41,301 bases of DNA from Welwitschia mirabilis (taxonomy: Eukaryota). Location: contig JBOZIK010000001.1 in the NCBI GenBank assembly GCA_051453625.1, forward strand, positions 39,240,766 through 39,282,066, written 5' to 3'. The translations under genes and the position numbers were made by a program. Of the stretch, positions 12,447 to 26,400 are shown one piece after another (positions within the stretch are counted from its first letter, which is position 1; every line of letters begins with the position of its first letter). A model generated the notes under the pieces. The model was not told where the DNA came from. It was given only the letters and a program-made list of their open reading frames with translations, and searched no databases.

Positions 12447-13887
12447 TAAAAGGGATTTTTTTACCTTATGGGTAAAATAATATGAATGGTCTTTAATTAA
12501 TTAGATTAATAAATTTTATTATTATGTATAAATAGATCCTTCTTCTTCTTCTTAAGCTAATATTCTTCACGCAAGTTTATTCTACCAAAATTTCTTCTCA
12601 ATCTCTTATCCTTTTAATTGTGGAGTTGGAGCTTAGATTTTGAAACTTAAAGCTTGAAGCTTTGAGCTAGCATCTTGAAGCTTAAAACTTTATTAATCTT
12701 CTTCAAGAATCATTAATCCTTTTTCCTCCAAGTAGTTTCTTCTTTCATAAGAATTTTAGCTCCATTTCTCACATTAGACCTCTGCAGATGATTATAGTAT
12801 CAATGTAGCATTCATATTATTCCTTCCATTGGATGAGACTAAGATGAAGGTTAAATTTGAGGGATTATTTTATCTTATTAGTTGATGAGGCTACCAATGA
12901 ATATTTTCCCTCCCATTGGTGTATACTAAGATGAGGAAGAGAGTTGAGGAATCTCTTAACATGCTTAGCTTCTATGTGTCTCATGGATATTTTGGCTAAG
13001 TGATCAAGGGATTCATTAAAATTTTGGATATCCATTTTTTTGCATTATCATATTTTTGAAATGCATTTTTTATCAGACTAGCATTAGAGTTCTTATTAGA
13101 GTGAATGATTTTGATTCTCAAAATCCATTTAGGCCAGACACCTCTTGAAAAATATTAAGGATTATGGCATTTAATGAATTATTTATTATTATAAGTTGAT
13201 TTTGTATTTCTTATCATCATGTTTTATATACTTTTAATACTAATTTTTATTATAAAATTTTAGTTAATTTATTAATTTTTATTTCTATAAATTAGTATGA
13301 GTTCTCTTATCCTTAGTTTAGTTATAGTTTACTTTTCTCCAAAAGTGAAGCATGACATAAGAAAGTTATAAATTATTTAATACTAAGTAAATATTTATAA
13401 AATTTTTATGTAGGTTTATAATTAGGTTAGAATTTAAAATTTTTAAAACATTAATTTTTTTAGAGTAAAATAGTTTTTAAAATTTATTTTATGAAAATAA
13501 CTCAAAAATTACAAGCAAAACATAGTAAATAGATTATCTCATATTTTTGAATTAATAGAAAATTATAATAAAAATTAAATAGTGTAATTTGTAGATAATT
13601 CAATAATATTTGCAAAAGTATATATGCCTTTAAAAAATTAAGTATATTAAAAGTTATAACTATTTTAGTATAAGGTATTATTTTAGTAACTATAAAATTT
13701 AGGCAGTCTTTATAGTTAAATTCGACTTTATATTTATAAATTAAACTAAATTTAATAAAATCAATTTTTAGGAATATATGATAAGTCTAGTTTAAGAAAA
13801 GTGAGTCTACCTTATTTTTACATGTTTAAATAATTAATTAGAAATTCTTAGTTTTAATGCCTTTTAAAAGCGAAGAAAATTTATAAA

Positions 13888-13959
13888 TAATTTCAATAAT
13901 TATAAAAATATTTAATATAAGTATAATTTCAATAATTATAAAAATATTTAATATAAGTA
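13888..13959. repeat. Perfect 36-bp tandem duplication
   Basis: taatttcaataattataaaaatatttaatataagta occurs twice in a row. Confidence 0.92.
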
Positions 13960-14306
13960 TTCCATTATTTTAAGTAACTTAAATTTATTTTTCAATTATT
14001 TTTATATTCTATTTTTTAATATTTAGAACCTTATTCTTGCTTTTCAAACATAAACATTAGGTTTGTCTACTTAATAATTTTGGAGATGTGTAGCCTAATG
14101 TCTTAGCTTTATTAATGTTTTCTTTTTGATTTTTTATATATATATGTTTTTTTTACTTAAGNNNNNNNNNNNNNNNNNNNNNNNNNNNNNNNNNNNNNNN
14201 NNNNNNNNNNNNNNNNNNNNNNNNNNNNNNNNNNNNNNNNNNNNNNNNNNNNNNNNNNNNNAGATGTGTAGCCTAATGTCTTAGCTTTATTAATGTTTTC
14301 TTTTTG

Positions 14307-14309
<3 letters not shown>

Positions 14310-14339
<30 letters not shown>
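14310..14339. repeat. (TA)n microsatellite; a shorter version lies in the duplicate at ~14135-14145
   Basis: About 15 TA units, with the same flanks as the copy before the gap. Confidence 0.9.
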
Positions 14340-14342
<3 letters not shown>

Positions 14343-15599
14343 TTTTTTACTTAATTTTATTTTAATATAGTTACTTATGATTTATAAGGGGGTTTAGAAG
14401 ATGTCTCAATTCCATAAATGGAGCATGTTTCTATAATAGAACTTAGATGTACCAATGTGCCTTAGTTTAAAAAGAATATTATAAGGTAGAAAAATTAAAA
14501 GATGTTTTCTTTCATGTATATTTATTATTATGCTTTACAAATGTATTATTTTCTTTTTTAATTAAAAAAATCAGAATGATGCTTATATACTCTACTTTTC
14601 TTCTATATGATTATTTTTATAAAATAAACCCTATAATGATTAGAATTATTTCTACTAGGTAAACAATCCACTAAATATCAATATAATTATATGCTTGTAT
14701 TTTTATGATGTATTCACTCAACTAAATCAAGAAAATCTTAATAATTATTTATCCTCATACTTGGATTTTACCATCAAGATGGGTTGCATTGTATTGTTAT
14801 TTATAAACCCTTCTAGAAGTGGATTTAATTACCACTCCTATTCCACCCACGTATGGACTTACTCCAACTTAATGTATTAAGCTCTTAGTATCAAACGAAT
14901 ATGTTGCATCATCCTAAGATGCTTCAAGAAAGTAAGGGTCATTTGTAAGCATGCATCCACCTTGTGTACTTCTTATCACTTGTAACAAGGATATATCGAG
15001 GCGAAGTCTAAGCCTTTGGAGTTGAGCCCATCCATATTTGTATAGTCTAGAACCTAAAGTAAAACTAACTCATATCTGAAGAGTGGTTAGATATTAACTT
15101 AAAATGTTAATAATGGGAGTTACAACCTTCTATCATATTGGTTAGGCACTATCCTAAACCATATCCATGTATGTGGTAATACAAGTTGACATCCCATCAA
15201 CTTTATACAAGATATCTTTATATAGTAAAAATAAAAGTTAGGAATAAATATAGGATACAATTTTGATATCGTTATCATATGCAAACCAAAAGGATTTATA
15301 ATTAAGTAGTAATATATTATTTAATTATTTTAAATCTTATAATATTTANNNNNNNNNNNNNNNNNNNNNNNNNNNNNNNNNNNNNNNNNNNNNNNNNNNN
15401 NNNNNNNNNNNNNNNNNNNNNNNNNNNNNNNNNNNNNNNNNNNNNNNNTTATCATATGCAAACCAAAAGGATTTATAATTAAGTAGTAATATATTATTTA
15501 ATTATTTTAAATCTTATAATATTTAATAAGATCTAAGTAGGAATTGATCTTAGATACCATTATGCATGTTGGTTAATATTGTTTTAAAAAAACTTAATT

Positions 15600-18500
15600 A
15601 AGGTAATTAAAGTTAGAGTATTACACTTTATAAATGAAGTACTTTAAGAGGAGGTACACATTAAGAAACTTAAAGTTTTACTAAATTTAATAAATTAACT
15701 TATGTTTACAGGTTGAAAAAAGATCTCTATGGTCTCAAACAAGTACCTAGAGCTTGGTAGGATAGACTTTAGGATAAGTAATAGAAAATGAATTTAAAAA
15801 GATACATCTAATGTTATTCTATTTATTAAAATAGATAGTAAATATTTTAGTATTATATAAATATATGTGGTTGATATCATTTTTAGTGATACTAATAAAT
15901 CATTATGCAAGAAGTTTGCTAAGATTATATAGGACGAATTTAAGATGATCCTCATGGGAGAAAAAAGAGACTTTTTGGGATTCTAAGTTATGCAACACAA
16001 ATAAGGTAAATTTGTTTTACAATATAAATACACTAAAACTTTATTAATAAAGGCCTATAACATTATAAGGTAAAAGACTTTTCGATAAGCAAAATCAAAA
16101 ATCTAGACAAAGATGAACATGATAATAAGTTTATCAAAAGATGTACAGATGTATGACTAATAGTCTATTATATCTTGTAGCTAGTAGATCTAATATTATT
16201 TTAATTATAGAAATCTATGTTTGTTATTAAAGTAATCTTATAGAACCACATCTTACATTTGTTAAAATAATATTTTNNNNNNNNNNNNNNNNNNNNNNNN
16301 NNNNNNNNNNNNNNNNNNNNNNNNNNNNNNNNNNNNNNNNNNNNNNNNNNNNNNNNNNNNNNNNNNNNNNNNNNNNTATATGTGGTTGATATCATTTTTA
16401 GTGATTCTAATAAATCATTATGCAAGAAGTTCTAAGATTATATAGGATGAATTTAAGATGAGCCTCATGGGAGAAAAGAAAGTCTTTTTGGGATTCCAAG
16501 TTGTGTAACACAAATAAGGTACATTTGTTTTACAATATAAATACACTAAAAATTTATTAACAAAGGCTTATAATATTGTAAGGTAAAAGATGTTCTAATA
16601 AGTAAAATCATAAATCTAAACAAAGATGAACATGATAAGAAGTTAACCAAAAGATGTACAGAGGTATGATTAATAGTCTATTATATCTTATAGCTAGTAG
16701 ATCTAATATTATTTTATTTATAGGAATCTATGTTTGTTATCAAAGTAATCTTAGAGAACCACATATTACATTTGTTAAAAGAATATTTTATTATTGCAAA
16801 GACATCACTAGTTAGAACCTTTGGTATTCAAAGGATTTATTCCTTGATCTATTTGGATATTATGATGTAGACTAGGTAGGTGATAAGAATGATATGAGAA
16901 TTACTAATAGACATTACTCCTTGCTTGGGTAAGGATTAGTATCTTGTATTAGCAAAAGGTAAAGTTCAACCACTCTCTCAACTTCTAAAGCAGATTACAT
17001 CACAGCTAAAACTTATCATGCTCAAATACTTTGGATGAAGCAATTATTAAAGGACTTCAGAGTTACTATGGAGAACATTTCTATTTATTGTGATAATAAA
17101 AGTGCCATCAACATCTCAAAGAATCCTATTTAGTATTCCATAATAAAACATGTTGAGATCAACCATTACTTCTTTAAGGAACATGTACAAAATATAGACA
17201 TCATTTTAGGCTACCTTAAAATGAATGACCAATTTGATAATGTTTCATCAAACCACTGAATGGAGAAAGGTTCATCACATTATGCTAGAACTTGAGGATT
17301 AAGCCTTGCCCAATCAGACAAGTCTATAAGTAACCTCTATCAAATCTTAACTTAGCATGTTAATTATTAATACTTTATGAGTTGAGATACTAGCTAAATC
17401 TTAGACAAGTATATCATGTTGATAAACCTGTAATATAATGTCTCAGGTTTAAGCTAAGTTTTCACTTAGCTATCATACTTCCTTAGGGCTAACATGGGTT
17501 TAGGTTTAGAATTACACTAACTTAAATATTAATGTAACTTATAAAGTAAAGAAAGAAAGGAAAATGGTAAAGTCCAAAGCTAAGTTCAAATTTATCTTAG
17601 AGAAGAAAGAAGACAACTAGCTCTAAGGTATCACTGATTTGTCTAAAGTAGTCATTCACTCTAATGTTGTTCAATTACCTTTTTATAAAATAATCAAAAT
17701 CATCAAGTGCTTTCAATCTAATTCATGTAACATAATCTCATATAAAATATGATAAATGATGAATCCAATTAACACTATAGCCTTCAAATAACTATAAAAA
17801 GTAAGTACTCCTAAAGTACTCGAGATCTATGAAATTAAAATACTAAGTAATAAAAGTGAAATCACACAACTAAAATAAACTTAATATTTAAAGAAGTTAT
17901 CTAAGCATCCCAATTATGGTTTTAGTCATGATTCAAGATCAAAGGGAAAAAAACTTTTGCATTACAAAAAGGTAACAACTTTATTATAAAGGAATAAAGA
18001 AGTAGAAATAACTCTTTAGAAATCCTCAAAAACTAGATTAATCCCCCAAAGAGGCACCTAGAAGTCCATCATAAGTTAAAGCTCTAAAGTCTTCAATTTC
18101 TCTAAGGCAAAGATAACTACAATAAGGGGTTTAAAACCTTTTTATAAGGACATATGAAGGTGAGGGATGATTACATTCTTAATTTGTAGCATTAGTAAAA
18201 TTCTTATCATTTATCATTAGGTAGATAAGATTCTGTTGTATAGAATTTGATGGAGATTGTCTTGTACCATTAGGTAGATTAGNNNNNNNNNNNNNNNNNN
18301 NNNNNNNNNNNNNNNNNNNNNNNNNNNNNNNNNNNNNNNNNNNNNNNNNNNNNNNNNNNNNNNNNNNNNNNNNNNNNNNNNNTTTAATTATAGAAATCTA
18401 TGTTTGTTATTAAAGTAATCTTATAGAACCACATCTTACATTTGTTAAAATAATATTTTTTTGAAAGGTATCACTAGTTAGAACATTTGGTATTCAAAGG

Positions 18501-19830
18501 ATTCATTCCTTGATCTATTTGGATATTATGATGTAGACTAGGTAGGTTACAACAATGATATGAGAATTACTAATAGAAATTACTCCTTGCTTGGGTAAGG
18601 ATTAGTATCTTGGAGTAGCAAAAGGTAAAGTTCAACCATTCTCTCAACTTTTGAAGTAGATTACATCACAGCTAAAACTTATCATGCTCAAATACTTTGG
18701 ATGAATTAATCATTAAAGGATTTCAGAGTTACTATGAAGAATGTTTCTATTTAATAAAAGTGCCATTAACATCTCAAAGAATCCTATTTAGCATTCCATA
18801 ATAAAACATGTTGAGATAAACCATTACTTCTTTAAGGAACATGTACAAAATATAGACATCATTTTAGAGTATCTTAAAAGTAATGACCAACTTGCTAATG
18901 TTTCATCAAATCACTGAATGAAGAAATGTTCATCACATTATGCTAGAACTTGAGGATTAATCCTTACCTAATTAGACAATTCTATAAGTAACCTCTCTAA
19001 AATCTTAACTTAGCATGTTAATTACTAATACTTTGTGAGTTGAGATACTAGCTAAATCTTAGACAATTATATCATGTTGATAAACCTATAATACAATGTC
19101 TTGGATTTAAGCTAAGTTTTCACTTAACTATCATACTTCCTTAGGGATAACATGGGTTTAGGTTCAGAATTACACTAACTTAAATCTTAATGCAACTTAT
19201 AAAGTAAAGAAAGAAAGGAAAATGGTAAAGTCCAAAGCTAAGTTTAAATTCGTCTTAGAGAAGAGAGAAAACAACTAGCTCTAAGGTATCATTGATTTGT
19301 TCAAAGCAGTACTTTACTCTAATGTTATTCAATTATCTTCTTATAAAATAATCACAATTATCAATTTCTTTCTATCCAATTCATGTGGCATAATCTCATA
19401 TAACATATGATAAATGATAAATCCAATTAACACTATATCCTTCAAATAACTATAAAAAGTAAGTACTCCTAAAGTACTAGAGATTTATGAAATTAAAATA
19501 CTAAGTTATAGAAGTAAAATCACACAACTAAAATAAACTTAATATTTAAAGAAGTTATTTAAGCATCCCAATTATGGTTTTAGTCATGATTCAAAATCAA
19601 AGAGAAAAAAACTTTTGCATTACAAAAAGGTAATAACTTTATTGTAAAGGAAGAAAGAAGTAGAAATAACTCTTTGGCAATCCTCAAAAACTAGCTAAAT
19701 CTCCTAAAGAGGCACTAGAAATCCATCATAAGTCAAAGCTCTAAAGTCTTCAATTTCTCTAAGGCAAAGATAACTATAATAGAGGGTTTAAAACTTTTTT
19801 ATAAGGAAAGATGAAGGTGAGGGGTGATTA
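15600..19830 (+). mobile_element. Truncated Ty1/copia element (SIRE/Maximus-like): RT-RNase H plus downstream region, in two interleaved versions
   Basis: Motifs: VYRLKKDLYGLKQVPRAW (~15703), IYVVDIIFS (decayed YVDDIIFG; ~15862 and ~16377), EFKMSLMGE, GYYDVD*VG, LYCDNKSAINISKNPI*YSIIKHVEINHYFFKEHV (~17084; second version ~18755). No LTR, gag or integrase was seen. Confidence 0.9.
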
Positions 19831-19939
19831 CATTCTTAACTTATAGCATTAGTAAAATCTTTATCATTTAGCATTAGGTAGATAAGATTTTGTCTTATAT
19901 AATGTGATGGAGATTGTCTTGTACCATTAGGTAGATTAG

Positions 19940-22570
19940 ATTCCATCCTCTAGCATTAGGCAATATTTTTATCATTTAGCATTTGGTGGAGATTGTCTTA
20001 TATTATTTGATGGAAATCATCACATAGCTCTAATTCTACCTCCACATGCCTCTACCACATTTCTTCAAATGCTTCTGCTATGTATCACCACCTCATATCT
20101 CTATTGCCATTGTAGTTATATGTGGAATTATTTCCATCTTCTACCATGTATTCCAAAATGTGGCTAAATATCTACACTTATTATGAAGAAAATTATAATG
20201 CTAAATTTTATTTTAAAAATAATAGAAAACATATTTTATGATTAAATAATTAAATTAAAGTCTTTTTTATAATAAATTAGCCTGAAACACTTGATATAAA
20301 TGTCAATTTTTACACATTAATACACCTCCTATCTAGTCTTTTACTAGTACCTTAGCAAAACATTGTTAGTAAAATGGTTAAATAAGGAAAAAAACTTTAT
20401 TTCAAAAGCACATCAAGTATGCAAATGATATAACTTGAAAAATTTTATGATCAATTTTATGTAATTAAGGCATTAAAGTAAAACATTTTAGTGAAAATTG
20501 AGATGTTATATCCCCCAATTAAAACTTAACTTTGTTCTTAAAGTTTATGATAAAAACATTAAGTTATCTAAGAACATAGGCATAGACAAATCATGAAGAG
20601 TTCTTTTATTGAAAATGATTTCAATTAAGCTAAGGAAAAACACAAGCTATTCACAATCAAACATGTGATAAGTGGGAAAAATACTATTCATAAAAATAGT
20701 TAATGCCTTAATATNNNNNNNNNNNNNNNNNNNNNNNNNNNNNNNNNNNNNNNNNNNNNNNNNNNNNNNNNNNNNNNNNNNNNNNNNNNNNNNNNNNNNN
20801 NNNNNNNNNNNNNNGTATATTAGATTCCATCCTCTAGCATTAGGCAATATTTTCATCATTTAGCGTTTGGTGGAGATTGTCTTATAGTATTTGATGGAGA
20901 TCATCACATAGCTCTAATTTTACCTCCACATGCCTCTACCACATGTCTTCAAATGCTTCTGCTATGTACCACCACCTCATATCTCTATTGCCATTGTAGT
21001 TCTATGTGGAATTATTTACATCTTCTGCCATGTATTCCAAAATGTGGCTAAATATCTGCAATTATTATGAAGCAAATTATAATGCTAAATTTTATTTAAA
21101 AATAATAGAAAAAATATTTTATGATTAAAACAATTAAGTTAATATCTTTATTTACAATAAATTAGCCTAAAACATGATATAAATGTCAAATTTTACACGT
21201 TAATACACTCCCTAACCAGTTTTTTACTAGTGCCTTAGCAAAAACTTGTTAGTAAAATGGTTAAATAAGGAAAAACAAATTATGTCAAAAGCACATCAAG
21301 TATGCAAAGGATATAACTTGAAAACTTTTATGATCAATTTTATGTAATTAATTCATTAAAGTAAAAAATTTAGTGAAAATTGAGATGTCATATCCCCTAA
21401 TCAAAACTTGACTTTATCCTCAAAGTTTATGATGAAAACATTATGTTATCTAAGAACATAGCATAGACAAATCATGAAATGTTCTTTTATTGAAAATGAT
21501 TAAAATTTAGCTAAGGAGAAACACAAGCTATTTACAATCAAATATGTGATAAGTGGGAAAAAAACTATTCATAAAAATAGTTAATGACTTAATATTTTTT
21601 TTTTGTAGTGATATGATGAGGCAAATGAGATGGGAAACACGTAAATAANNNNNNNNNNNNNNNNNNNNNNNNNNNNNNNNNNNNNNNNNNNNNNNNNNNN
21701 NNNNNNNNNNNNNNNNNNNNNNNNNNNNNNNNNNNNNNNNNNNNNNNNTATAATTTAGCATTTGGTGGAGGTTACCTTATGGAGTTTGGTGGAGGTCATC
21801 ACATAGTTCCAATGCTACCTCTACATTCCTCTAACACTTTTCTTCAAATTCTTTTGCTACATGTTACCACATCATATCTCCATTGCCATCATGATTTCAT
21901 GTAAAATTGTATTCATCTTCCATCATGTGTTCCAAAGTGGCTAAATATCTATAATTTAATATGGAGAAAAACATAACATTCAATTTTATTTTAAAAATAA
22001 TAGAAGACAAATTTTATCATTAAAATAATTAAATTAATATCTTCATTAATAATAAATTGGCCTAAAACACTTAATATAAGTCTCAATTTTTACATGGTAA
22101 CACATCCTTAATAGTCTTTTGCTAGTGTCTTAGCAAAAAGTCGATAATAAAATGATTAAACATGGAAAAATTATTTATGTTAAAAGCATGTTAAGTATGC
22201 GAATGATATACCTTGAAAACTTTATAATCAATTTTATGTAATTAAGGCATCAAAGTGAAAACTTTTAGTGAAAATCAAGATACCATACCCCCTAACCAAG
22301 ACTTGAATTTGTTCTCAAAGTTTATTGTAAAAATGTTAAGTTATTTAAGAACACAGGCATAAATGAATCATAAAAAGTTCTTTTATTGAAAAGGATCTAA
22401 ATTAAGCTAAGGGAAAAAAAAAAGCTATTTATAACTAAACATGTGCTAAGTGAAAAACTATTCATAAAAATAGTTAATGCCTTAGGAGTTATTTCTTATG
22501 AAAATGATATGAAGTGGAATGTAGTGAAGTGATGCAAGATAAATGGGATGGAAAATGCATAAATAAAGTA
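19940..22570. repeat. Three gap-separated copies of a ~0.8 kb segment (19940-20714, 20815-21648, 21749-~22570)
   Basis: Shared blocks include TTTAG..TTTGGTGGAG, GTGGCTAAATATCT and CTATTCATAAAAATAGTTAATG. The third copy is visibly more diverged. Confidence 0.9.
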
Positions 22571-23479
22571 AAACCATAAACCAATGAATAAACAAGTAAA
22601 CTATCCTAAGTTATCATCCCTTTATTATATTTTTGTATTTTTAGTGGACCACAATATCAACTAGGTTAAGTTTTAATCAAGTAACCTATAGGGATCTAAC
22701 GAGTTGATACAAATATTAAGTATGAAAGTTAAGAGATAATGGTTTGCATAAGGACTTCGATTCCTATCTTTTCATTCCTTTGTTTTTCATTTCTATCTTT
22801 GCATATGTCCTTAGTATTATTCTTATAAACCACATGAAGCATCGAATGCTATGATATTTTCTACCAACAAAGTTAAGCATATTGTATAATATAGAAATCA
22901 ATGCTACATTATCAATGAGCATTTATAACCTTAATGCAATTAAACATGTCTCAAATAGATCATTAGAGATTCATTACCAAGAGGCATTCATAGCCCTAAT
23001 GTAGTTAACTAAACTTAACTAAGTAATTAATACGATGCACTTTTAGAGAAGAAATATATTATTTTCTTTTATTTATCTTCCTATAAGCATTTTTTTAATA
23101 CACTTTTAGGGGTCATTAGATCATTAGCTTAGTTAAAACAAATCTCGTCCCCATTAAAGTCTTTTTACTTAAATAGAACATGTGAAGGTGAATCCCACCT
23201 TTTTAACCAAATTTTATCAAAATTAGAGATCCTGAGCAAATGCGTTCTTAATAACATACTCAAAATAAGCATTATTTCCCTTAAAAAGCCCTAAGTAAAC
23301 TGGAAATTAACCCTTACCTAGGTGATAACATGATCACTTATTATTTATTTTTGTTTTAAGGGATTTTAACCTAGATCAATAAGTCTCAAAAACTCATGCA
23401 TTGATGATTTTGGTGTATGGCTTATGCATTTGATAGAGTGATTTAATAATCAATTTAGTGAATGGTAAGGTTTAAAAGG

Positions 23480-26400
23480 ATGATAAGGTGAGTGATAATG
23501 TTTTAAGTGGTGTCCATTAACTCTAACTAGTTAACTGTTTTTGGGGTTTTCAATGAGAATAAATTCATCTGGTAAAACCTTTTTAATTAAGGATGGTCCT
23601 ATTCACATAACTACTAGTTTACCTAGAAAAAGATGTAAGCATGAGTTATAAATTAAGACTAGTTCTTCCTCTTGAAATTTTTTTCTAAAAATATGTTGAT
23701 CATGCAACCTTTTCATCCTATTCATATTTATTCTCATGTTATCATATGCATTAATTCTAATTTCATCTAGTTCATTGAATTATATGATCTTATGTTTTTT
23801 TTCAACCTCTAAGTCTAAGCTCATACCCTTGATCTCTTAGTAAGCCCTATGTTCAAGTTCTATAGGTAAATGACATGCTTTACTATAAACTAATTGAAAA
23901 GGTGATATTTCTAAGGGTGTTTTATAGGTAGTATGATATGTCCATAAGACATTGTTAACTTTGAAAGAACAATATTTTTCATGTTGAGCTTACTATTTTT
24001 TAAAGGATTTTCTTAAGTTACCTATTTGTAACCTTAACTTAGTCACTTATTTATGGGTGATAAGGTATCACAACTTTATTTGTAATCCCGTATTTAGCAA
24101 GAAGATTTCTAAATATTTTATTACAAAAGTGTGTTCCTCCATCACTAATTAAAACACATGGACAGCCAAAATGAGTTAAGACATTTCCTTTAAAGAATCT
24201 AACTACTATTTTAGTGTTGTTTGTATGACAAACACATGCTTCAATCCATTTAATTACATATTTGACACAAATAAGGATGTATTACTACCCATTTAATAAT
24301 GGATAAGACCCTTGAAAATCAATTCCCCATTCATTAAAGAATTTAATAGCAAAGATGAGGTTTAAAGGAATCATTTTTCTACATGAAAAACTTCCTAAAC
24401 TTTAATATTTATCATAGGATTTATAGTAAAGATAAAAGTCTTTGAAAATTAATGGCTAATAAAAATTGAATTTTAGGATTTTTGTTGCATCCTTATTAAT
24501 GAAGTAGTAACCCTTACAAGCCTTAAAATGATGATGCTAAAGTATGTCGTAAGCATCAGTTTAAGGGACATATTTGCAAATGACTTGGTCTAGACAATAT
24601 TTAAAAAGATATGGGCTATCCTAGAGGAAATATTTGACTTGGCTCAAGAATCTCTTTTTATCATTGATGATCTAGTAGGAAGTAATAGCTTTGAAAACTA
24701 AGTAATTGGTGATATCTGTAAACCAAGGTATTTCTTTGACTGAAAAGAGATGTTCATCTAGAAACGTGTCATCAAAAGGTAAAGATGTTTGTAGGTTATT
24801 TAAAGATTTTGTGAAAGGTGATTTACAACAACATTATCAAAGATTTCTAATTTTTAATCTCTAAATGGAATTCTTAAAGAGGAGAATCCATCTAATAAGA
24901 TGTAGTTTTCAATCCTTTTTAGCAAAAAGGTACTTAAGGACAAGTGATCAACGTAAATAACTATCTTAAATCCTAAAAGGTATTACCTAGCTAGAAGCTT
25001 CTTCTCTATGACATTTTAATTGAGTTGAGTGTCCTTTAAGGTTTTACTAATATAGTAAATCATAGCTAGCTTTTTCATGACTCTTTATCCTAAAATATCT
25101 CCTATTGTTAAGCCACTTGTGTTACAAATAAGTTTAAAAGGTAACTTTTAATTAAGCAATTGGATAACAGATGTGAAAGTTAGTTTTTCTTTGAGTTGCT
25201 CAAATTCATTTTAACACTCTAGATTCTAGTCAAAAGAGGTATTCTTACTTAAAAGATCATATAAAGGCTCAGAGATTTTATTAAAATCCTTAATGAATCA
25301 CCTATAAAATCTTGCATGTCCTAAGAATGATCTAATATCTTTTTATTTTTAGGAGGTTGGTAGGATATGTGATTAAGAATATCTTAGTCAGATCTACCTA
25401 AATTCCTTTCTTAGTGATGAGATGTTCTAAAAATATACCTTGAATTACTATAAAATGGCATTTTTCTCAATTGAGTACAAGGTGTTTTTTGATGCATCTT
25501 TTGAGGACATGCTTTAGGTCATTCAAACAATGACTACATAAGGTTTCATAAACTAAGAAGTCATTCATAAAATTTTGACATCTAAATTCAATAAGTTAGA
25601 GAAAATTCCGAACATGCAGCATTGGAAAGTCACAAGTGTATTGCATAAGCCAAAGGGCATCCATTTGTAAGCGAATATTCCATAAGGGTAAGTGAAGGTT
25701 GTTTTGTCTTAATCTTNNNNNNNNNNNNNNNNNNNNNNNNNNNNNNNNNNNNNNNNNNNNNNNNNNNNNNNNNNNNNNNNNNNNNNNNNNNNNNNNNNNN
25801 NNNNNNNNNNNNNNNNTATGGGTGATAAGGTATCGCAACTTTATTTGTAATCCCGTATTTAGCAAGAAGATTTCTGAATATTTTATTACAAAAGTGTGTT
25901 CCTCCATCACTAATTAAAACATGTGGACAGTTAAAATGAGTTAAGACATTTCCTTTAAAGAATCCAACTACTATTTTAGTGTTTTTTGTATGACACACAC
26001 ATGCTTCAATCCATTTAATTAAATATTTGACATAGATAAGGATGTATTGATGCCCATTTAATAATGGATAAAACCCTTGAAAATCAATTCCCCATTTATT
26101 GAAGGATTCCATAGCAAAGATGAGGTTTAAAGGCATCATTTTTTTACATGAAAAACTTCCTAAACTTTGATATTTATCATAGGATTTATAGTAAAGATAA
26201 AAGTCTTTAAAAGTTAATGGCCAATAAAAACTAGATTTTAGGATTTTTGTTGCATCCTTATTAACTAAGTAGTAACCCTCACAAGCCTTAAAATGATGAT
26301 GTTAAAGTATGTCGTAAACATTAGTTTGAGGGACATATTTGCAAATAACTTGATCTAGACAATATTTAAAAAGATATGGACTATCCTAGAAGAAATATTT

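Larger units (their letters stand above)
11205..15550 (+). repeat. Probable 3' LTR of the chromovirus element; start well defined, right end not defined
   Basis: Begins TGTTATACACC after the PPT. TATAAATA at 12527-12534 is followed by a CT-rich tract, and there are internal tandem repeats. No terminal CA or partner LTR was identified, so the extent is a guess. Confidence 0.45.

Noticed and set aside
14695..14880. Short ORFs as host genes (also 5527-5742, 28849-29058, 40415-40642)
   Set aside because: They are short, lie inside LTR or TE sequence, are often low complexity, and show no domain or splice-structure support.
19940..22570. A ~0.85-kb satellite array
   Set aside because: Each copy sits on its own contig between placeholder gaps, which is better explained by stacked alternative versions.
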